A stretch of DNA of 64,000 nt from Candidatus Aminicenantes bacterium (GCA_963702005.1 OY969696.1:2560001-2624000), one strand, 5' to 3'. Shown: positions 37,565-47,278, counted from the first letter of the stretch. The notes: generated by a model not told the origin, from the sequence alone. Translations and numbers: made by a program.

Positions 37565-38657
37565 CCCCCTCCCCCCAGACCGAGAATTGTCCTTTGTCTA
37601 TGATGAGGGCGCTCAGGCGGCCTCCGTAAAAATGTGTGATTCCGGTGTCGATAATCCAGATCCGCTTCTGGAACCGGCTCATATATTCCATGGCGACCGG
37701 GCTTCCGATTTGAGGGGAATGCGCGATGACCATATAATGGGCCTTCAGGTTGGCGAAGATTTGGTCGACTTCGGGGGCGAACTCGTTCTCGTCCCGTTGA
37801 GCCAGGTCCCGGTACCAGAGGGGGCCGAACCGGTCATAGATGACCTGTGGATGGAACAGACGCATGACCCGGGGACTCTTGACGGGTACGCTCAGAAAAG
37901 AAAGCTCTTCGCGGAGGACATCGTTGATCCGAGCCAGGTCCCAGGTCGAATATTTAGGGCTGACACCGCCGTGGACGAAGATGACGTCGTTGATTTTCTC
38001 TATGCAGTTTTTCTTCAAGAACCAAGGGCCGTAGTCCTCGAGAAAACCGCTGAAGTAGGCGGACTGGGCCTCCTTATCGGTCTTCATCGTTTTTGTCCAA
38101 TAGCCCGTCAGCATGGGGGAGTATTCCGGGTTGGCCTCTTTCGTCGGGCTGCCGTCGCCGATTATGCCTTTGAGGACATCCCGCTCACGGCTCTCTCGGA
38201 AGTCCCGGGGAAGGAACGACAGGAACTGCTCCAAAGTCACGAGGTCCGGATAGTCGAAAACGATGCCGATAAGGTTCAGGATCTCGTGGTTGCCGAGCAG
38301 GACATGGATTTTTCCCCCCGCTAAAGCGGCTTCGACCTCGAGTCTCATCAACAGGTCCAGGATTTTCCGGGCGTCGGGCCCTCGGTCCATAATGTCTCCG
38401 GTTTGGATCAGGTGGATCTGTCCCCCCGCCCAGTGGAGGCCTTCATCGACGAGCCCGGTCCCCTTCAGGATAGCGACGAAGTTCCCGTAGTCGCCGTGGA
38501 GGTCGCCGACGGCAACGATTTTTTCGACGCCGGTCCAAACGCAGGGTCTATCGGAAGCGCGAAGGGGGGAGAAGGCGACGGCCAGGACGAAGACAAGGAC
38601 GATGGGCAGAAAGGGTAGGCCGAGCCATCGTCTTCGGGTTTTGGGTGGTCTCGGCAT
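37557..38657 (-). CDS. Secreted metallophosphoesterase, Shewanella-like phosphatase (Shelph/PPP-type)
   Basis: GDLHGD, QTGDIMDRGPD, LLGNHE, FVHGG, GPLWYR, IDTG; N-terminal signal peptide or anchor. Confidence 0.87.
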   Translation of the reverse strand: MPRPPKTRRRWLGLPFLPIVLVFVLAVAFSPLRASDRPCVWTGVEKIVAVGDLHGDYGNFVAILKGTGLVDEGLHWAGGQIHLIQTGDIMDRGPDARKILDLLMRLEVEAALAGGKIHVLLGNHEILNLIGIVFDYPDLVTLEQFLSFLPRDFRESRERDVLKGIIGDGSPTKEANPEYSPMLTGYWTKTMKTDKEAQSAYFSGFLEDYGPWFLKKNCIEKINDVIFVHGGVSPKYSTWDLARINDVLREELSFLSVPVKSPRVMRLFHPQVIYDRFGPLWYRDLAQRDENEFAPEVDQIFANLKAHYMVIAHSPQIGSPVAMEYMSRFQKRIWIIDTGITHFYGGRLSALIIDKGQFSVWGEGDE

Positions 38658-38763
38658 CGATACTCCAAAACCCATTTATAGTAGATTGGCTGGGACAAAT
38701 CAATAGCGGTTTGATTTTCGGAACGATCGGGACGATAATGAATCTCCGTCAAAGGAGGATGCC

Positions 38764-40110
38764 ATGAAAAGAAGCTCCCGACCCGGGGGCCGTTGCTCCC
38801 GACTCGGGTGCGGACTGGCCGCGGCCGTCTTCTTGTTCCCCTCCTGCGGCGCCGGGAGCGTCCCCGGGAAGTCCCCGGCTCCCTCGAGCCCCGCCGTCCG
38901 GAACGGAATCGAGGTCTTTCTCGCCAAGCTCCCGGACTTCGTGAAGGGAAAGCGGCTTGGCCTCATTACCAACCCGACGGGCGTTGCGAGCGACCTTCGC
39001 TCCACGGTAAAGCTTCTCAAGGCCGTTCCGGGAATCAAGCTGGTCGCCCTCTACGGGCCCGAACACGGCGTCCGGGGAAACGCCCAGGCGGGCGAGAGCG
39101 TTCCGTTCTATTTCGACGAAAAGTTCGGAGTCCCCGTTTTCAGCCTTTACGGCCAATCCACGAAGCCCGCCCCCGGGATGCTCAAGAACATCGACGAATA
39201 CATGCGATCGTTCGACACCAAGGACACGGGCAAGCTCCCGGAAGCGTCCATGGTCGAGGATGTCGATATGCTCATCTACGACATCCAGGACGTCGGAACC
39301 CGGATCTATACCTATGTCGCGACCATGGCCTACGCCATGCAGGCCTGCGCCGAAAGCGGCATCGATTTCGTCGTCCTGGACCGGCCCAACCCGATCAACG
39401 GGCTGGACATGGAAGGCCCCATCCTCGAGTATCCCGCCTACAGCTCTTTCGTCGGGCTCTATCCGATACCGCTCCGCCACGGGATGACGATCGGCGAGCT
39501 GGCCCGCCTCTTCAACGACCGCTTCCTGGCCAAGAAAGCCCGATTGACCGTGGTGCCGGCCGAAGGCTGGAAGCGGGAGATGTGGTACGACGATACGGGT
39601 TTGCCCTGGGTCATTCCTTCGCCCAACATGCCCACCCTTGACACCGCCGCGGTCTATCCCGGCCAGGGCTTATTCGAAGGGACGAACGTCTCGGAGGGGC
39701 GGGGGACGACCAGGCCCTTTGAGCTCTTCGGAGCCCCTTGGGTTGACGGATTTGAGCTGGCCCGGGCCCTCAACGGCCTCGGCCTTCCCGGCGTTAAGTT
39801 CCGGGAAGCTTGGTTCACGCCGACCTTTTCCAAATTTAAGGGTCAATCCTGCGGAGGATGCCAGATCCATATCATTGATCGTACAGCCTATCGTCCCTTG
39901 GCGACGACGCTCCACATCATCCGGGTCTTGAGCGAGATGTATCCCGACCGGTTCGAATTCCACAAGGATTATTTCGACAAGGTCATGGGCACGTCCCGAG
40001 TCCGCGAGGCCCTTGAAAAGGGGACTTCCGTTCCGGCCATCTTGGAGAGCTTCAAGGCCGGCCTGGCCGAGTTCGGGAAGCTCCGTCGGCCTTACCTGCT
40101 CTATGAATAG
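38764..40110 (+). CDS. namZ: Exo-beta-N-acetylmuramidase NamZ (DUF1343)
   Basis: GLITNPTG, GPEHG.RG, DIQDVG.R.YTY, DRPNP, HGMT.GELA, PSPNMP, SEGRGT. Confidence 0.9.
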   Translation: MKRSSRPGGRCSRLGCGLAAAVFLFPSCGAGSVPGKSPAPSSPAVRNGIEVFLAKLPDFVKGKRLGLITNPTGVASDLRSTVKLLKAVPGIKLVALYGPEHGVRGNAQAGESVPFYFDEKFGVPVFSLYGQSTKPAPGMLKNIDEYMRSFDTKDTGKLPEASMVEDVDMLIYDIQDVGTRIYTYVATMAYAMQACAESGIDFVVLDRPNPINGLDMEGPILEYPAYSSFVGLYPIPLRHGMTIGELARLFNDRFLAKKARLTVVPAEGWKREMWYDDTGLPWVIPSPNMPTLDTAAVYPGQGLFEGTNVSEGRGTTRPFELFGAPWVDGFELARALNGLGLPGVKFREAWFTPTFSKFKGQSCGGCQIHIIDRTAYRPLATTLHIIRVLSEMYPDRFEFHKDYFDKVMGTSRVREALEKGTSVPAILESFKAGLAEFGKLRRPYLLYE

Positions 40111-40216
40111 CCCGAACGGCCTGAATTGAATGAGGGCTGATTTTCCATTACAATGGTCCCTTTCCGGCGGCGCTCGCCCCGGGCGTCGTCCCAACTCATG
40201 AGAAGCGAGGTCATTG

Positions 40217-41788
40217 ATGGCGACCCACCCCAATTCCTACGCGCTGGCCAATCCGCTCTCGGTCCTTTTCAACAAGCCCCCGACGGACTTCCAGCGGGCC
40301 GACTTCCTGAAGGTCATCGAGCACAAGCAACTGGAACGGATCACTTTTCATTATACGGCCCTGGACGGCAAGCTCAAGGAGCTTAAAGTCCCGGTCGCAA
40401 ACGCCCGCCAGGCCGAGATGATCCTGGCCGAGGGGGAGCGGGTCGACGGCTCCTCGCTCTTCAAGGGGATGGTCGACGCGGCCCTCTCCGACCTGTACGT
40501 CGTTCCCGTCTACAGGACGGCTTTCCTGAACCCGTTCGACGAAGGCAGCCTCGATTTCATCTGCCGCTACCTGACCAAGGACGGCGAGCTGGCCCCCTTC
40601 GCTCCGGATACGATCCTGATCCGGGCTCTCGAGACCTTCCGCAAAAACTCCGGGCTCGACCTCTACAGCCTGGGCGAGCTCGAATTTTTTCTATTGAGCC
40701 CGATCCAGGCTCCCATCTACCTCAATCCCAAGACGTCGAGCTATCACGCCTCGGCCCCCTACGTCAAGAGCGGCACCATCCTCAACGAGATGGTCCGGTA
40801 CATCACTCAGATCACGGGGGCCGTCAAGTACGCCCACAGCGAAAACGGGTTCGTCGAGAGCGTCCGGAGCGATGAGCCCGAGATCGCCGGGAAGAGGGCC
40901 GAGCAGCTCGAGATCGAGTTTCTGCCCCGGCCGGCCGAGGAGATGGCCGACAGCCTCGTTTTGGGCCGCTGGCTGATCCGGAATACTGCCTTCCGCTACG
41001 GCTGCGTCGCGACCTTCACCCCCAAGATCGAGGAAGGCGTCGCCGGAAGCGGCCTTCACTTCCACCTCGAGCTTCTCCGGGACGGAAAGAGCGTCATGAC
41101 CGGCAAGGACGGCGCCCTGTCCGATGAGGCCCGCAAGCTCATTGGGGGGCTGTGCGAATACGCCGACAGCCTGACGGCCTTCGGAAACACGGTCTCCTCG
41201 GCCTACCTCCGGCTCGTTCCCAACCAAGAGGCGCCGACCCGGATCTGCTGGAGCAACCTCAACCGGAGCGCCATGATCCGGGTTCCCTTGGGCTGGACAA
41301 ACCTCCAGGATCTGGCCGGGCGCGTCAACCCCGGAAACGGTCCGGAGTTCCGAGAGCCGAGCGGCGGCCGCCAGACGGTCGAGCTTCGCTCGCCGGACGG
41401 AAGCGCCCTCATCCATCTCATGCTGGCCGGACTAGTCATGGCCGTCGACTGGGCCTTCCAGGAACGCCGGTCGCTCTTCCACGAGAACCTACCTCTCCAG
41501 CTCGCCGAAAAGTTTTACGTTAAAGGGAATATTTTCACCGATAAGGAGCTCCTGGCGCGGCTGCCCATCCTGCCGATGAGCTGCGTCGAGTCCAGCCGGA
41601 TCCTCCTCATGAAGCGCGAGCTCTACGAGCGGGACGGCATCTTCCCGCCCAGCATTATCGACTATGTCGCCCAGCTCCTCCACAGCGAGAACGACGAGAA
41701 CATGAACAGGAGGCTGGCCGACCTGCCCGCCGACGACCGGCTTCACCAGACCCGCAAAATCATGCACAAGGATCTCCATCGGCATTGA
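40217..41788 (+). CDS. Glutamine synthetase family protein
   Basis: RVDGSSL, ELEFF, HSE.G, TF.PK, GSGLHFH, Y.RLVP.QEAP, NRSA.IRVP, ELRSPD. Confidence 0.87.
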   Translation: MATHPNSYALANPLSVLFNKPPTDFQRADFLKVIEHKQLERITFHYTALDGKLKELKVPVANARQAEMILAEGERVDGSSLFKGMVDAALSDLYVVPVYRTAFLNPFDEGSLDFICRYLTKDGELAPFAPDTILIRALETFRKNSGLDLYSLGELEFFLLSPIQAPIYLNPKTSSYHASAPYVKSGTILNEMVRYITQITGAVKYAHSENGFVESVRSDEPEIAGKRAEQLEIEFLPRPAEEMADSLVLGRWLIRNTAFRYGCVATFTPKIEEGVAGSGLHFHLELLRDGKSVMTGKDGALSDEARKLIGGLCEYADSLTAFGNTVSSAYLRLVPNQEAPTRICWSNLNRSAMIRVPLGWTNLQDLAGRVNPGNGPEFREPSGGRQTVELRSPDGSALIHLMLAGLVMAVDWAFQERRSLFHENLPLQLAEKFYVKGNIFTDKELLARLPILPMSCVESSRILLMKRELYERDGIFPPSIIDYVAQLLHSENDENMNRRLADLPADDRLHQTRKIMHKDLHRH

Positions 41789-41793
41789 GCTCG

Positions 41794-42047
41794 AGCTGTG
41801 ATCCGCAAGACAGTCTCGCTCCCATTCAGGTTTTTAACGCCGTTTCCAAGCCGCTCTTCTCGGCGCCTGCGGAGCTCGCACGTCCGATCTCATCCTTTGA
41901 GCACATTCCTGTAATCAATATGCTATCCATCATGCATTTGGGTATAGCTCGAGAGTCCTCGCCGCTCGCAAAGCCGGGTTCCCTCGAAGAGCGGCTTGGA
42001 AAGGCTAAACCTTCAATGGTCGCTTCGACTATCTTGCGATCACAGCT
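41794..42047. mobile_element. MITE-like element with long imperfect terminal inverted repeats
   Basis: AGCTGTGATCCGCAAGACAGTC...TTTCCAAGCCGCTCTTC pairs with GAAGAGCGGCTTGGAAA...GACTATCTTGCGATCACAGCT. Confidence 0.65.
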
Positions 42048-42095
42048 AAGAAGGCGTATCCAGTTGGGCAAGCGTAGCTTTCAGAAGAGGGTCAA

Positions 42096-43157
42096 TTGTC
42101 GAGAGAAACAATGACGCCGCGGGAGCGCTGGCAGGCCGTCCTCGAGCGCCGTAAGCCCGACCGGCTGCCCATGGACTATTGGGGGACCGATGAGGCCACG
42201 GCGGCTCTCATGCGCCATCTCGGCTGCGCGTCGAAGGAAGAGGCTCTCCGCGAGCTCCACGTGGATTATGTCATCAAGGTCGCGCCCCGCTACATCGGAC
42301 CCAGGCTGCCTGCGGACGAGGACGTATTCGGAAGAAAATTCAGGGACGTCGACTACGGATCAGGGGTCTATCGCGAGTGCGTCCACAATCCGCTGGCGGG
42401 CTTCAAGTCGATCGAGGAGATCCAAAGCGGCTACTTCTGGCCCAACCCGGACTGGTGGGACTACGGCGTTATCCGCGGCCAGATTCGCGGCAACGAGATG
42501 TATCCCATTCAAGGCGGCGGCTCGGAACCGTTCCTGATCTATAAAGAGCTCCGCGGCGACGAACAGTCCTTGGTCGATTTCATCGAGAATCCGGAGATCG
42601 CCCATTATCTCCTGGACAAGCTTTTTGGGCTCGCCCATGAAGACACCCGGCGGATTTTCGAGCAGGCCCCCGGAAAAATTTTTCTGGCCTACGTGGCTGA
42701 GGATATGGGCGGCCAATCGGACCTTTTATTCTCGCCCGCCCACATCAGGGAGTTCCTGCTGCCCGGGATGAAACGAATCATCGACCTCGCCCGCCAGGCG
42801 GGGGTCTACGTCTTCCATCACAACGACGGCTCCTGCCGGAGGATCATCCCCGACATGATAAGCCTGGGCATCAACCTCCTCAACCCCATCCAGTGGCGCT
42901 GTCCGGGAATGGAGCGGGAAGGGTTGAAGCGGGATTTCGGGGACAAGATCGTCCTCCACGGCGGCATGGACAACCAACAGACGCTTCCCTTCGGGACCGT
43001 CGAGGACGTGCGCCGGGAAGTCCTGGACAACATCCGCATCCTGGGCGCCGGAGGCGGCTACGTCCTGGCCCCCTGCCATAACATCCAGTCCAACACGCCT
43101 CCTGAGAATGTCGTGGCCATGTACGAGACGGGATATAACGAAGGCCGCAGCGCTTAA
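42096..43157 (+). CDS. Uroporphyrinogen decarboxylase / MtaA-CmuA superfamily protein
   Basis: MTPRER....L....PDR.P, EDMG.Q..L.FSP, HNDG, LNPIQ, GG.D.Q.TLP.GT, APCHNIQ.NTP.EN. Confidence 0.85.
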   Translation: MSRETMTPRERWQAVLERRKPDRLPMDYWGTDEATAALMRHLGCASKEEALRELHVDYVIKVAPRYIGPRLPADEDVFGRKFRDVDYGSGVYRECVHNPLAGFKSIEEIQSGYFWPNPDWWDYGVIRGQIRGNEMYPIQGGGSEPFLIYKELRGDEQSLVDFIENPEIAHYLLDKLFGLAHEDTRRIFEQAPGKIFLAYVAEDMGGQSDLLFSPAHIREFLLPGMKRIIDLARQAGVYVFHHNDGSCRRIIPDMISLGINLLNPIQWRCPGMEREGLKRDFGDKIVLHGGMDNQQTLPFGTVEDVRREVLDNIRILGAGGGYVLAPCHNIQSNTPPENVVAMYETGYNEGRSA

Positions 43158-43359
43158 TCCCCTTCGCGGGATTCCAGGGACGTTAGTCCGTGGATGAATA
43201 GCGAATTCCCCGCTTCGGGGACAGGCAGCAGCCTTGCAGTACTCATGGCTTCCATGAGTGCGGTTTCGCAGTACTCATGGAGCCGAATAAACGGCTCCAT
43301 GGGTGCGCTCCAGCGTCCGCAAAGGGTAGATCCCACGGACGTAAGTCCGTGGAGCTTCA
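43156..43359 (+). mobile_element. Non-autonomous IS200/IS605-type mini-element (PATE-like) with structured interior
   Basis: Related hairpins at both ends (CCAGGGACGTTAGTCCGTGG; CCACGGACGTAAGTCCGTGG-AGCTTCA); internal GCAGTACTCATGG direct repeats each opening a hairpin; ends shared with 7344-7388. Confidence 0.7.
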
Positions 43360-44856
43360 GCGAGACCGGAATTCGTTTTTCAACGTTTGCCACAGGATGT
43401 TGAATCGACCCTGCAGCTCGCCATAAACGCTTGAGGCAAAGGGTCTCGGCTCGGCGTCGTCGGTTCCTTTGCGGACCATAGCTTCGGCAAGATCGGCGAT
43501 CGCAATCTCCTCGCCCTGCTCCCGGCGCCAGGTCCAAATGGATTGGAGGGCGGCGCCGAAGGCCGCGGCCTCCTGCTCCTGAAGCGTCACGACCGGCGTC
43601 CGGAACACGTCGGCCACGATCTGCAGCCAAAGGCGGCTTTTAGCTCCGCCTCCGGTGGCCCTGATCTCGGACGGCCTCAATCCCAGCTCCTTCATCCGGC
43701 CGAAGCCGTAGCCGAGGTTGAGGATGGTCCCTTCCATAATCGCGCGGGCCGTATCGGCTCGATTGAAGTTGAGCCTGTTCAGCCCGAACAGGACGCCGCT
43801 GGCCTTGGGAAGGACGGGAACCCTCTCGCCGTCGATGAACGGAAGAAAAACGAGGCCGCCTGCGCCCGGCTCGGCCTCGCCGGCCAGACGTTCGAGATCC
43901 TCGTTGGACAGGCCTCCGGCGAACGCCTTAAAAAGCTCAGTCGTGTTGGTGACGTTCATGGTGCAGAGGAGAGGGAGCCAGCCGCCGGTGCTGTCGCAGA
44001 ATGCGGCGATTTCGCCCTCAGGATCCGAAAAGGGCTCCGCGAAATAGGAATAGATAGTCCCGGAGGTGCCCAAGCTCAGCGTGCAAACTCCGGGCGCGAC
44101 GTTTCCCGTCCCGATCGCCCCCATCATGTTGTCCCCACCGCCGCTCGAAACGAGGACTTTCTTGAGCCCGAACTTCACTCTGAACTCGGGCCTGAGATAG
44201 CCCAGGGGGCGGGAGGAATGTTCCAGCTCGGGGAGGGCTGGGTCAAGCGAAAGATCGACGGCGGCTACAGCCTCTGGATGCCAACGCCTGTTCCGGATGT
44301 CCATCAGCCCCGTGCCCGACGCGTCGCCGTATTCCATGCGGACGACGCCGGTCAAGACATAATTTAGATAATCATGGGGGAGGAGGGCCTTGGACAGTTT
44401 TCCGAAATTAACGGGCTCATTTTTCTTGAGCCAGAGGATCTTCGAGGCCGTGAAGCCCACGGCCAGGGCGATGCCCAACTTTTCGATATAGGCCTTCGTC
44501 CCGCCCAATTGAGCGACCAGGAATTCCGTTTCGGCCGTCGTTGATGTGTCGTTCCAGAGCTTGGCGGGCCGGAGCGGCCGGCCGTCCCCGCCGAGAGGCA
44601 CGAATCCGTGCTGCTGTCCGGAGACGCCGAGCGACACGACCTGGCTGGGATCGATCTTCGATTCTTTGAGCGCTTCGCTGAGGGCCACCTCCAGCGCCGC
44701 CACCCAGACGGCCGGGTCCTGCTCGCTTTCTCCCGGCTTCAGGCCCGGGACCATGAAGTGGGGCGCGGCGCCCCGGCCGAGGACCTTGCCGCTCGCGCCG
44801 TCGACGACCAGAGCCTTGGTGCCTTGGGTTCCGGAATCAATCCCGATCGCGTACAT
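43357..44856 (-). CDS. xylB: Xylulokinase-like FGGY carbohydrate kinase
   Basis: IGIDSGTQGTK, SGQQHG, AKLWND, DASGT, GGDN, SLGTSG, GER.P, GGGAKS..W.QI.ADV. Confidence 0.82.
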   Translation of the reverse strand: MYAIGIDSGTQGTKALVVDGASGKVLGRGAAPHFMVPGLKPGESEQDPAVWVAALEVALSEALKESKIDPSQVVSLGVSGQQHGFVPLGGDGRPLRPAKLWNDTSTTAETEFLVAQLGGTKAYIEKLGIALAVGFTASKILWLKKNEPVNFGKLSKALLPHDYLNYVLTGVVRMEYGDASGTGLMDIRNRRWHPEAVAAVDLSLDPALPELEHSSRPLGYLRPEFRVKFGLKKVLVSSGGGDNMMGAIGTGNVAPGVCTLSLGTSGTIYSYFAEPFSDPEGEIAAFCDSTGGWLPLLCTMNVTNTTELFKAFAGGLSNEDLERLAGEAEPGAGGLVFLPFIDGERVPVLPKASGVLFGLNRLNFNRADTARAIMEGTILNLGYGFGRMKELGLRPSEIRATGGGAKSRLWLQIVADVFRTPVVTLQEQEAAAFGAALQSIWTWRREQGEEIAIADLAEAMVRKGTDDAEPRPFASSVYGELQGRFNILWQTLKNEFRSR

Positions 44857-44876
44857 GCATAGCCTCCGCAGCGTGG

Positions 44877-45701
44877 TCAGGTACAATGCCTGAGCCGCTC
44901 GAAATAGGCGGAAAAATCGGTGGGCTTCCTGACGGAAATCTTTTGATAGAGTTCGAGGTAGGCGTTCCCGAAGCGTCGCCTTTCGCGGTCGTTGGCGATG
45001 GTCTTCGCGAGGATTCGGCCTTGAGAGCCGAAGGACCCGATCGCCCTCCGAATGAGCTCTTCCTCGCCGGTCGGGGCTAAGATCCCGCAATCGGCCCTCA
45101 GCGTCGGCTCGCCCTCTTCGGGGGCGGCGAAGTCCGTCCAGACCGAATAGGCCAGGTAGCTTCGGATCTCGCAGGGGGGGCCGAGGTCGGCCAGGATCGG
45201 ATCGCCGGACTGGGGCATGGTGTAAACCCCCATATAGTAAGCGGCCGTGTGGTCCCGGTGCTCGAAATGTCCGCTCGAAAAAACGACCCGGCTGATCCGC
45301 TCCCGGCGGAAAATCCGGATGAGTTCATCGAATAGGCTAGGGCTTCCCTCCGGGCGTCGGTCGAGAGCGGACATCAAGGCGAAGTCGGGGGTGTCGTGGA
45401 ACAGAATCCGGTCTTCCGGGATTCCGAGCGATGCGTAGGCCGTCAGCGCTTCCTTCTGTCGCCGTCCGACGATGGAATCCTTTTCCGCGACCGTCGAATA
45501 ACCGGCGTCGCCGCGACAGAAGACGAAAACCCAGGGCATTCCTCCCCGGTCCAATACGGCCCTCAGGAGGTATCCGGCGCCCAGGATAACGTCGTCGTCG
45601 TGGGGGGAGAAGAAAGCGACCCGCTCCTTCCGCGCCCAGCCCGGAAACAGAAGGTCGAGCTCCCGGCTTCTCTTGAGCCGCCGGAAATCAACGAATTCCA
45701 T
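44877..45701 (-). CDS. PIG-L/LmbE-family deacetylase
   Basis: SPHDDD..LG, G..GY, R..E, HRDH. Confidence 0.8.
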   Translation of the reverse strand: MEFVDFRRLKRSRELDLLFPGWARKERVAFFSPHDDDVILGAGYLLRAVLDRGGMPWVFVFCRGDAGYSTVAEKDSIVGRRQKEALTAYASLGIPEDRILFHDTPDFALMSALDRRPEGSPSLFDELIRIFRRERISRVVFSSGHFEHRDHTAAYYMGVYTMPQSGDPILADLGPPCEIRSYLAYSVWTDFAAPEEGEPTLRADCGILAPTGEEELIRRAIGSFGSQGRILAKTIANDRERRRFGNAYLELYQKISVRKPTDFSAYFERLRHCT

Positions 45702-47278
45702 TAAAAAACCTTGAGCGGATTTCGCAACGTCTGGAGATAAAAGTCCAGCTTTTCTCGATAATCCCGGCCCAGCTTCAGGAAGAGGTAGGCGTTCTTCTCA
45801 TAGAAGACGCTCCCCTTGGGGAGGGCGGTCAGGAGGTTGTTGGTTGAGTAGTCGGCCCAAGTGTAGAGGAGGGGCCTGACCCAGTAAACATACTCGCCGT
45901 CGGAAGGCGCATAAAAATAGGTCCCGGGCTTATGGAGGAAAGCGCCGGCCGGGCCGAAGACCGTGGCGAGATCTTTAATGCGGAGACAGAAGACGCCGTA
46001 ATCCTCCTTCGTGTTGAGGAGCCCGACCCAGTCTGCGTCCTCGGGCCCGATGGAGACGAGACCGAAGGGGACGCCCGGCTTGGCCTGGAGGGACATCTGG
46101 ACGATCCCCTGCCGCCGGGATTTATAGATCAGCGAATCGAACAGCTCCTTGGAGAAGACCATTTCGTCGTTCCGAACGGCGATGACGGCCAAGTCGTTCC
46201 GAGCCGTCATCCGCGTCTCGCTCAGGATCCAGGGCGCATCGATCTCGAGCGTATAGAGAACTTCGAGGTCGACGTCCTTGACGCGGGGCAGCGGGCCGCT
46301 GCGGAAGTTCCGGTACAGGAATTCGCCGCTCTTCTCCTCGAAGACGGCCGGCGGGTTCCAGTCGAAGGAGTGATCCCAGGCGACGCCGGGGACGAAGCAA
46401 TCGGGGTTCCAGTGGATGACGCCCGCTTTGTTATAGAGCTTGACGCCTTCCTTGAAGTATTCCATGGTATTGATCTGGCCGCTCTGGGGATGGAAGCCGA
46501 GGGCCAAAACCGAGTTTCGGACGGTCTTGCCCAGCCCCTCGCCGGTCACCTCGAACCCCTTCTCCTCGAACGGACCCTTTTCGCCCTTAAAAACCGAGAT
46601 CAGCTTGGTCTGGCGGCCCGCGACCTGGACCGGAAATGCGATCTTGGTGGTCAGTGTCACGGGATGGTCTTTGGCCGCGGCTTCGGAAGGGGAATTCTCC
46701 TTCGTGTCTAAAACCTGGTAGGGAATCTGGACCGCGCCGTCGAACAGGCAGAAGCGGCCGTCCTCGATCGTCGATTTGGGGGCGGTCAGGGTGGCGGTGA
46801 CGATCTCGGACTTCCGTCCCAACCCGGCCTCCTCCTCGATCTTTACGATCCGGTAGAATCCCTCCTCGCAGCTCAAGGAGGGAATCCCGCCGTCTTCAGG
46901 AGAGAACGCCCCGAACTCGGCTTTGGAGGGCTTCTTGGCCCCGGCCGGCAGATGGCTGAGGACGATCTTGTAGGCTTTATTGGCGCGCCAGGCGAAGTCG
47001 AGGATGAACGTATAAATTCCGGGGTCGAGGGGGGCGCCCAGCTCGACCTTCGCTCCGTCTTTAAAGACGAGAATATCTGCAACCGGCTTGCCGTCCATCT
47101 GGAGACTCTGGAAGGCCGTCTTTATTTTCTTGACGATGAAGGCGAACTGGATATGGAAACAGGGGCTTTCGATCGTCGGAGCCTTGAATTCGAGGCTCTG
47201 GGCCTGACTCTGCGCGAATAGCCCTGCGGCGGCCAACCCAAAGATCAAGAGAAGTCCGGAGACGAAGATGCGTTTCAT
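45701..47278 (-). CDS. Secreted hypothetical protein (paralog of 48639-50378)
   Basis: Signal peptide; shares GLGKT..NS, G.IHWNPD and RN.E.VF.K..F with the paralog. Confidence 0.75.
   Translation of the reverse strand: MKRIFVSGLLLIFGLAAAGLFAQSQAQSLEFKAPTIESPCFHIQFAFIVKKIKTAFQSLQMDGKPVADILVFKDGAKVELGAPLDPGIYTFILDFAWRANKAYKIVLSHLPAGAKKPSKAEFGAFSPEDGGIPSLSCEEGFYRIVKIEEEAGLGRKSEIVTATLTAPKSTIEDGRFCLFDGAVQIPYQVLDTKENSPSEAAAKDHPVTLTTKIAFPVQVAGRQTKLISVFKGEKGPFEEKGFEVTGEGLGKTVRNSVLALGFHPQSGQINTMEYFKEGVKLYNKAGVIHWNPDCFVPGVAWDHSFDWNPPAVFEEKSGEFLYRNFRSGPLPRVKDVDLEVLYTLEIDAPWILSETRMTARNDLAVIAVRNDEMVFSKELFDSLIYKSRRQGIVQMSLQAKPGVPFGLVSIGPEDADWVGLLNTKEDYGVFCLRIKDLATVFGPAGAFLHKPGTYFYAPSDGEYVYWVRPLLYTWADYSTNNLLTALPKGSVFYEKNAYLFLKLGRDYREKLDFYLQTLRNPLKVF

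Noticed and set aside
41785-42114. Short ORFs on both strands after glutamine synthetase
   Set aside because: They overlap the inverted-repeat element, have atypical codon usage and show no motif.
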